NCBI GenBank assembly: GCA_964428315.1
Contig: CAYRXT010000010.1
Span: forward strand, 3,523-67,522
From: an uncultured Planctomycetales bacterium
Lineage (GTDB): Bacteria > Omnitrophota > Gorgyraeia > Zapsychrales > CAYRXT01
DNA: 64,000 bases
Reading direction: 5' to 3'
Positions 57,611-64,000 of the stretch are shown here, piece by piece. Position 1 is the first letter of the stretch; every line of letters starts with the position of its first letter. Under the pieces are notes generated by a model. It ran no database searches, was not told the origin of the DNA, and saw only the letters and a program-made list of their open reading frames with translations. The translations under genes were made by a program, and so were the position numbers.

Positions 57611-59710
57611 CTAATAAATTTCTCTGGATAGATTTTTGATCTGCTCCATCTCTTTCCGCGTGGCCTCCTCACCCCTTTCGACCAATTCGCGGACCCGGTA
57701 AAATTCGTACCAGTCTATATCGAAAAGGTCTGGATGGATAAGGATATCCGCCTGCCGGGCATTCTGCTCCGCTATCATGTATCCCGTCGCCTGGAGGGTT
57801 CGGACCATGATGTCTGAAATGTTGGGCAAAAACATGCGGCGCGCGAAGCGGCGTAAACGGACCGCCAGATATCGGACCGGAGAGGAACAAAACCGCACCT
57901 GCGACTCCATGTCATAGATGGACTTGAGCCGCTGGAAATTCCGCAGGACGTCTTGCGGAGACGGCATGACATTGACCGCGATGATCTTTTTAATGCCGAA
58001 ACTGGCGCATACATTCGTGGGCAGAGGATTCAAAACTCCTCCGTCAATGATCAGCCGGTCCTCATTACGCCGCGGCTGGACGACGCCGGGAATGGCGATG
58101 CTTTCCATGAGGGCGTCGATCAAACGGCCGCCCTGATGGACGAGCTCTTCTCTGCGGGACAGATCGTAAGAAACGATCTTTAGGGGAACGCGCGTGGCAT
58201 AAAACGTCCTGCCGCCGAGTTTCTTTTTAAGCCAGCGCCGGATAAAACGTCCACCCATAATCCCGCTCTTAGGAAAGACCGGATCGAACAAGGAGAGCGT
58301 CTTGAACCTGCTTTCAAATTCACCGGCCAGTTTAGCGACCTGGTCGGCTGAATATCCTACGGCCCAAAGGGCCCCGATAACCGCACCCATGCTGCTGCCG
58401 ACGATCATATCGACGGCGATATTCTCTTCTTCCAACTGCCGCAGAACACCGATATGGGCAATCCCCAGGGCCGCGCCTCCTCCGAGGACAAGACCGACCG
58501 ATGAACCAGCTATTTGCCTGGCAATCGCTTTAACAGCTCTGGCATATTCACTGTCCCCGGCCGGAAGGCTAACCTGCAGGGCCTCCGACACGTTGGCCTT
58601 TGTCAGTTCTCCCGGATGGATATATGGCAACTTCATCAAGATATCATAACCGAGAAGCCGGCTTATGGCCTCATGGGAAAGGGAAACCTCAGCCGGGACG
58701 CCGCGCACTATAACCTGGACGCGCTCGATATCGGGGGCCCTTTCCTCTTGCTTCTTCAGTTTATCCAAGACCGAACGCAGGCTGGAGGTATCGGAAGACT
58801 TCTCCCCTATCAAAAAGTGCACACGGTCCGATTGTGTGAGGGTCTTCATGACCACCTCGTCCATTTCGTTAGGCAGATCGACAATAACGTAGTGGTAGTC
58901 ACAGGCCAAGGTGCTCACAAACCGGCTGATCTCCTCGACCAGAGTAGAATCGTCGGGATCGACAGCCACGTTCAAAAGGTCGACATGTTCCAATCGGCCG
59001 GCGATTGCCTTTCTGATCCGTTCATCATCCGCCATGATCTCCTTAAGGGGCAGGGCTGCGCGTTTCCATTGGGGCGACGCACCTTCAGCTCGTGTTCCGG
59101 TTTCAAACGGCGAAGAGTCCTGGGGCACAAGAGGATTCATATTCACCAGGACGACGCTCCTGTGGCTCTCCTTTTTGAGGGCGATGGCAAGATTGAGGCC
59201 ATAGGTAGAACTGCCGGCATCTTTAAGCGGGCTGTAAACGGATATGATCGTGGTTTCAAATACGGAGCCGCTGCGGGCCTCGCGGGTTTTGATGCGCCGA
59301 GAAAGACTCCGGCTGAATTCAACGCCCAGGTGCGGGATCGATCGAAAAAAGGCCATGAAGTCCTCTTTGGCCATCTTCAAAAGAAGAGAATCATTGATCG
59401 CCTCAAAAGTCAGGGTTTGCGCTTCTCCCGTAAGGATCGAAACAAGGCCGAAAAACATTCCCCTGTGGAGATAATCGACGATCTGTTTAGATCCGTCGGG
59501 ATCGCTTTGAAAGGCCTGAAGTCTCCCGCTAACCAGACAGAAAAACGCATCCGGCTCACCACCCTGCCGCAGGATGATCCCGCCCTTTTTAATGCGCACC
59601 AGTTCGCACCGGCTGGCCAACGCATGCAGGTCCAGTATGTTCAGTTTTCGGAAAATGGGAATGTGCCGGATCAGGGAAATCTTATGGAAGGTATCAGAAA
59701 AGTCATTCAT
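57611..59710 (-). CDS. cNMP-binding domain + degenerate ParA/MinD-like domain + patatin phospholipase
   Basis: cNMP fold (LVSG.L...G.FFG); SVYSPLKDAGSST...VIVDLP; patatin GGGAALG, GSSMG, DGG. Confidence 0.85.
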   Translation of the reverse strand: MNDFSDTFHKISLIRHIPIFRKLNILDLHALASRCELVRIKKGGIILRQGGEPDAFFCLVSGRLQAFQSDPDGSKQIVDYLHRGMFFGLVSILTGEAQTLTFEAINDSLLLKMAKEDFMAFFRSIPHLGVEFSRSLSRRIKTREARSGSVFETTIISVYSPLKDAGSSTYGLNLAIALKKESHRSVVLVNMNPLVPQDSSPFETGTRAEGASPQWKRAALPLKEIMADDERIRKAIAGRLEHVDLLNVAVDPDDSTLVEEISRFVSTLACDYHYVIVDLPNEMDEVVMKTLTQSDRVHFLIGEKSSDTSSLRSVLDKLKKQEERAPDIERVQVIVRGVPAEVSLSHEAISRLLGYDILMKLPYIHPGELTKANVSEALQVSLPAGDSEYARAVKAIARQIAGSSVGLVLGGGAALGIAHIGVLRQLEEENIAVDMIVGSSMGAVIGALWAVGYSADQVAKLAGEFESRFKTLSLFDPVFPKSGIMGGRFIRRWLKKKLGGRTFYATRVPLKIVSYDLSRREELVHQGGRLIDALMESIAIPGVVQPRRNEDRLIIDGGVLNPLPTNVCASFGIKKIIAVNVMPSPQDVLRNFQRLKSIYDMESQVRFCSSPVRYLAVRLRRFARRMFLPNISDIMVRTLQATGYMIAEQNARQADILIHPDLFDIDWYEFYRVRELVERGEEATRKEMEQIKNLSREIY

Positions 59711-59872
59711 CGTGTATCGGCCTGCCCTCTGTAAGGCGCCGCGATCTCTTTGATTTCACGAAACCGAACGCACCCTTCCCGCCTTCACGTTTTTGGCAGC
59801 CAGACCGACCCCCGAAGTCGTTCACGCATAAAGGATCCGGATGGGGCAGGGCGCGGGTCATGTCCCCCCCTA

Positions 59873-60409
59873 TCAGATAAACTCGAATGATTTGATCATA
59901 TCCTTGATGATCGGTAAGTACTGGTCATAACTTTGAACAATGGCCGTATAGGCGAAGATATAGACCTGGTCCCCCCTGATCGTCCAGATCTGATAGAATC
60001 GCATAGTCACGTTGCGTTCGCGGAATTCATAGACGATCCGGTGCGCCGGGTAAGAGCCCATGCGCGCAGAAGAGGATTCGATCATATTCATGACGGGTAA
60101 AATGGCGCGCATATGTTCAATCATGGACCGGCTGTACTGCTGAAGGGTCAGGTCCCTTCCTGAAATATCCTGGACGGTCAGGCTGACGTTTTCCCGGAAG
60201 GGATCTTCCGGCGACTCTGCAGGAGCCGCAAAGGTCACGATGCTTTCCATTATCCTTTCGCGTTTTTCCCACGACCGGGGATATTTGATCCGAAAACCGT
60301 GATCGGGGCTGTAAAAATAACTCCACGCCACCTGCGAACAGCCGGCAAGGCAGACAGCAAGGGCTACAGCTAAAGCCCAATCCTTTTTCTGCCGTTTTGT
60401 CACAATCAT
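59873..60409 (-). CDS. PsbP/DcrB-like lipoprotein
   Basis: LAGC lipobox; F.IKYP..W, FRENV, ending MIKSFEF. Confidence 0.7.
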   Translation of the reverse strand: MIVTKRQKKDWALAVALAVCLAGCSQVAWSYFYSPDHGFRIKYPRSWEKRERIMESIVTFAAPAESPEDPFRENVSLTVQDISGRDLTLQQYSRSMIEHMRAILPVMNMIESSSARMGSYPAHRIVYEFRERNVTMRFYQIWTIRGDQVYIFAYTAIVQSYDQYLPIIKDMIKSFEFI

Positions 60410-60449
60410 ATCAATCCGAGGACTTCCCCGATCAACCGGGGGGCAGAGA

Positions 60450-60959
60450 TTAAAATGCCAGATCCGTATTTTCCTCTTCCTGTCCCTGTTTCTTTCTGGC
60501 TTTTTTCATGACATCGCGGATAACCGTAATGAGGATATCCGTGGTGAAAGGTTTGGAGATGTAGTCTTCCACGCCGTAGGCCTTGGCCGCTCGTTCGGGA
60601 TTGCGTTCATCAATGATCTCGCCTCTCTCTTTGGCCATAGGATTGCCCGGCAACCACTGGAACTGGTCTTTTTTCCTGTTATACACCATCTCCCCCTTGC
60701 CGCTGATGACAATAATGGGAATATTCTGCGTCTCGGGCTCTTGTTTGAGACGGCCCGCGATCTCCTGGCCTTTCTTCTGGGGCATAACGTTATCCAGCAG
60801 GACGAGATCCGGTTTCTCCGTCCGTATAAGTTCTTCTGCCGCCAGCGGGTCGGTCGAAGTGACCACCTGATACTCCCCGGTCTCCTCCAGATTGGCCTTG
60901 ACCAGGGCGCAAAGGTCTTGTTCGTCGTCGATCATGACAATCTTAACAGGATCAGCCAT
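60450..60959 (-). CDS. Single-domain response regulator with an internal insertion
   Basis: IDDE, LLDNVMP, ISG, YISKPF. Confidence 0.9.
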   Translation of the reverse strand: MADPVKIVMIDDEQDLCALVKANLEETGEYQVVTSTDPLAAEELIRTEKPDLVLLDNVMPQKKGQEIAGRLKQEPETQNIPIIVISGKGEMVYNRKKDQFQWLPGNPMAKERGEIIDERNPERAAKAYGVEDYISKPFTTDILITVIRDVMKKARKKQGQEEENTDLAF

Positions 60960-61096
60960 ATTATTTTCCTCCTTTGTTTTTTATACGCCCTTCCGCTTCT
61001 CTAGATGCTGAATGCAGAAGTTGAGAACTATATGATTTTTATTATATACTGCATGACCGTCTTTCTGCAATGCCGTTTAAAAGAAACAGACTGGCC

Positions 61097-62749
61097 TCAT
61101 TTCGTCACGGGCAGAGTGATAAGAAAGCGCGTTCCCTTGCCAGGGACGCTCTTCACCTCGATCTTTCCGTTATGCCTCTCGATAATCAAATAGGCCGTAC
61201 TCAGCCCCAATCCCGTCCCCTTCCCCGGCTCTTTCGTCGTATAAAAGGGATCGAAAATAAAAGGCAAATCCTCCGGAGAGATACCTTGGCCGCTATCTGC
61301 GACCTCGATGAGGCAAGAGGCGCCGGTCTCTTCATTGGGATCCGGCTGCGCACACAGGGTCACTGTGAGTTCGCCCCCTGAAGGCATGGCATCAATCGCA
61401 TTGGAAAAAACAACAAAAAAGACCTGGGTCAATGCGACCGAATCTCCGGAAACATAGAGCGGGGCCTGTGAAACAGGGGTAACCTTGACGCTGATCCCAT
61501 GATTCCCCAGTTCACTTTCAAGCAGTATCAACGCCTCGTTTATCACCTCGTATACGTCAAGTCTTGTCAACTTGATCCGGGTCGCCCGCGCAAACGTCAG
61601 CAACGTGGCAATCACCCTGTTCGTCCGGCTGGCGGCATTCTTGATCATAGTCGTGTACGTCTTGAGAGGAGAATCCCGGGCAATGTCTTTATCCAGCCTC
61701 TCGACCCCCTGCAGGATAATGGCCAATGGATTTTTAATTTCGTGCGCAATCCCCGAAGAAAGCGAACCGATAGCCGCCATCTTCTGGCTCTGGACGAGTT
61801 CTTCCTGCGTCTCTTTCAACTCTGCGTTAACCTTTTCCAGGTCGTGCAGCATCTTTCTGAGCACTCGTTCGTTAACGGCCAGATCACGGTTTGCCTCTTC
61901 CAGGGCTAGGCGTCTCTTTTCCAGTTCATTCTCCATTCTCTTTCTCTCAGTAATATTCAGACCATAGAGATTGGCGTACAGGCTCTCGGGCACCGGCGTA
62001 ATGTGGAACAAGAAGATGTCTTCGTCAACAGGCACTTCAAATTCCATTACCTCGTTATTATGGATCGCCGCCGAAATGACTTCAGCCCACCTCTCAGGAA
62101 CCTCACCGCCTCTTCCGGTCCTAAAACGGGAAAGCAATCTATTACTGGCCTCATTGGCGAAAAGGATCTTTCCTTCCGCCGACACCCTGAGGATCTTATT
62201 GATGTTTTCCGCCGGAAATTTCGCCAAGGACTTCACTTTTTCTTCTTCCTGCTTCTCCCTCGTGACGTCCCTGTCCACACCCCGGTAACCGATAATCCTC
62301 CCCCGGTCGTCCAGCCGCGCAAATCCCCGGACCTGCACGACAACCTCGGCCCCCGATTTATGGCGCCGGCGCCCCTGCTCTTTGATTGTCAGGACATTCT
62401 CTTTTAACATCCGCAGAGAGTGCTCCTTCAACCTTAGGCGGTCCTCGGAAAAACACAGGTCATAAAAATACATGCGGTTAACAATCTCTTCGGGTTTGCA
62501 CCCCAGGATGTGCTCCACCGCCGCACTGGAATAAACGTATTTCCCGTACGCATCAGTCTCCCATATCCAGTCCAGCGAACCGTCGGCGATATGGCGGAAC
62601 CTTTCTTCGCTTAATTTCATTTTCCCAATCATAGTTCTCTGCTGGCGGATAAAGATAAGGAGGAGGACAAGGATGAGGCAGGCTGCCATAAACAGCGTCT
62701 GCTGGGTAACGAGGAATTTTTCTATCTCGTAAAGGTTAAGGGATTCCAT
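61097..62749 (-). CDS. PAS-domain sensor histidine kinase
   Basis: TM, PAS/PAC (DWIWETD, YRGVDRD), AHEIKNPL, N box, DSGQGI, GTGLGL. Confidence 0.93.
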   Translation of the reverse strand: MESLNLYEIEKFLVTQQTLFMAACLILVLLLIFIRQQRTMIGKMKLSEERFRHIADGSLDWIWETDAYGKYVYSSAAVEHILGCKPEEIVNRMYFYDLCFSEDRLRLKEHSLRMLKENVLTIKEQGRRRHKSGAEVVVQVRGFARLDDRGRIIGYRGVDRDVTREKQEEEKVKSLAKFPAENINKILRVSAEGKILFANEASNRLLSRFRTGRGGEVPERWAEVISAAIHNNEVMEFEVPVDEDIFLFHITPVPESLYANLYGLNITERKRMENELEKRRLALEEANRDLAVNERVLRKMLHDLEKVNAELKETQEELVQSQKMAAIGSLSSGIAHEIKNPLAIILQGVERLDKDIARDSPLKTYTTMIKNAASRTNRVIATLLTFARATRIKLTRLDVYEVINEALILLESELGNHGISVKVTPVSQAPLYVSGDSVALTQVFFVVFSNAIDAMPSGGELTVTLCAQPDPNEETGASCLIEVADSGQGISPEDLPFIFDPFYTTKEPGKGTGLGLSTAYLIIERHNGKIEVKSVPGKGTRFLITLPVTK

Positions 62750-63095
62750 TAGGGATAAATCTTACGAGTTCTTATAGTTATAGAAATATTAACATAGAAT
62801 TTTTTTCAAAACAAACAAAATGCGCATAATTGCCCGGCGATATGAATTCCGCCGGTCTCGGATGACCGGGCTGACTCTCAAGAGCAAGAGGGCAAGCAGG
62901 TAAATCCCTTTAACCCGCGACGCACCGTATAGAGATGCATCACGATGGTCCCGACGGACAAGGAAATGGACCTTACACGGTTTTGGAGAAGACATCCGTG
63001 GAAAGGTGGCGCTTGAACCGCAGAGTTCAACTTGGGATGTATACGGCAGGAAAGATCTTGGCGTGTTTTTTCAGAAGGCCATCACGCGGCCCGTC

Positions 63096-64000
63096 TCATG
63101 GCCGCGTCCTGGCACACAGGACCCGCGTCTTATTCTCGATCGTCGAGAGCAATGAATTGAAAGACCCCTCGAAGGCACGAACGCCCTCGTCCAGCAGACG
63201 GCGGCAGATCTCCGTCAGGTCGATATGTCTTGTTTTCAGATCTTCCATTATTTCCCATGCCGTATCAAGTTCCGACAAAGTGGCCTCCCGGACGGTGCCG
63301 TGATCCAGGAAGGCCTCCAGGGTCTTTTCCGGGACTGTATTGACCGTCGGCCGGGCAATAAGCTCTTCGAGATATTTGACGTCGCTGTAGTCCGTATTTT
63401 TTGTTCCGGTCGATGCCCACAACACTCTCTGGCAACGCGCGCCCCGTTCCTGAAGATCCCTGAATTCGCCGCCTGCGAAAATCGTCCCGAACTGTCCGAA
63501 TATGAGCTTGGCGTTGGCTACAGCGCTCCGGCCCATAAGGTTTCTTGCTTCGTCTCCGGGAAGAGTATCCTGCAATTGACGGTCTACAGCCGTGTCAATC
63601 CGGCTGACGAAGACGCTGGCCACCGAGTGCACCGTTGTGAGGTCACCCCCCTTGTGTGCCCAACGTTTCATCCCCTTCAAAAAGGCACGCGCGGCACGGG
63701 TGTACTGTTCCAGGGAAAAGATCAAGGTCACATTCACGTTCACGCCGCTGGCCAGCAGTTCTTCAACAACAGGGAATCCCGCCGGTGTCGCCGGAACCTT
63801 AATCATGACATTCCGCTCCCCCACCTTTGCAAAAAGCCGAAGCCCTTCGCGAATGGACTCCTCTGTGTTACCGGCCAATCGCGGATCGATCTCCAGGCTG
63901 ACGTAACCATCGATCTTATCCGTAGACTCGTATACCGGACGGAACATCCTCGCCGCCGACCGGATATCCCGGGTTGTCAATTCATCGTAAATGGCGAAAG
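63096..64000 (-). CDS. tal: Transaldolase (type 2), 5' end outside the window
   Basis: DGYVSLE, NVMIKVPAT, NVNVTLIFS, SVASVFVSRID, QRVLWAST; frame stays open to the window edge. Confidence 0.95.
   Translation of the reverse strand, partial: FAIYDELTTRDIRSAARMFRPVYESTDKIDGYVSLEIDPRLAGNTEESIREGLRLFAKVGERNVMIKVPATPAGFPVVEELLASGVNVNVTLIFSLEQYTRAARAFLKGMKRWAHKGGDLTTVHSVASVFVSRIDTAVDRQLQDTLPGDEARNLMGRSAVANAKLIFGQFGTIFAGGEFRDLQERGARCQRVLWASTGTKNTDYSDVKYLEELIARPTVNTVPEKTLEAFLDHGTVREATLSELDTAWEIMEDLKTRHIDLTEICRRLLDEGVRAFEGSFNSLLSTIENKTRVLCARTRP

Noticed and set aside
57611-59710. CBASS/Pycsar defence operon
   Set aside because: No nucleotide cyclase or CD-NTase nearby, and the context is housekeeping-like
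6233-61230. KOPS (GGGNAGGG) polarity toward dif
   Set aside because: Instances spotted by eye occur in both orientations on both sides, so no polarity can be claimed
283-63906. Many long antisense or overlapping ORFs in the track (e.g. 23538-25151, 43287-44765, 58514-59734)
   Set aside because: Shadow frames of well-supported genes in GC-rich DNA, with no motifs of their own

Overview
A 64 kb GC-rich bacterial chromosomal segment. The gene complement suggests a PVC-type anaerobe such as Ca. Omnitrophota, but this is inference only. It is mostly housekeeping: ftsH-folP-cdaA-pdxJ-acpS-nnrD, a glycosylation cluster, PPi-type pfk, a Gld-like ABC transporter, tRNA-Thr/Tyr/Gly, gpsA, hom-thrC-coaB-apgM-cstA-lysC-cimA-valS, a minor-pilin operon, nadC, a molybdo-flavoenzyme cluster with MocA/XdhC, tetrapyrrole genes, a two-component pair and tal. 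Most genes are on + up to about 50.2 kb and on - afterwards, with a near-consensus XerCD dif site at the switch. Highlights missed by the ORF track: (1) a c-di-GMP-I riboswitch with a 31-nt two-hairpin insertion in its core, followed by a terminator, upstream of the pilin operon; (2) a 2.4 kb AT-rich, integrase-less island that duplicated the 5' half of tRNA-Pro and carries an MNT-HEPN pair plus two pseudogenes; (3) a 37-aa TM-only CdaR-like ORF; (4) a HemC-CobA-HemD fusion whose HemC part lacks the cofactor-anchoring domain; (5) a cNMP / degenerate ParA / patatin protein; (6) two unexplained structured intergenic elements. All calls come from reading motifs by eye; no searches were run.
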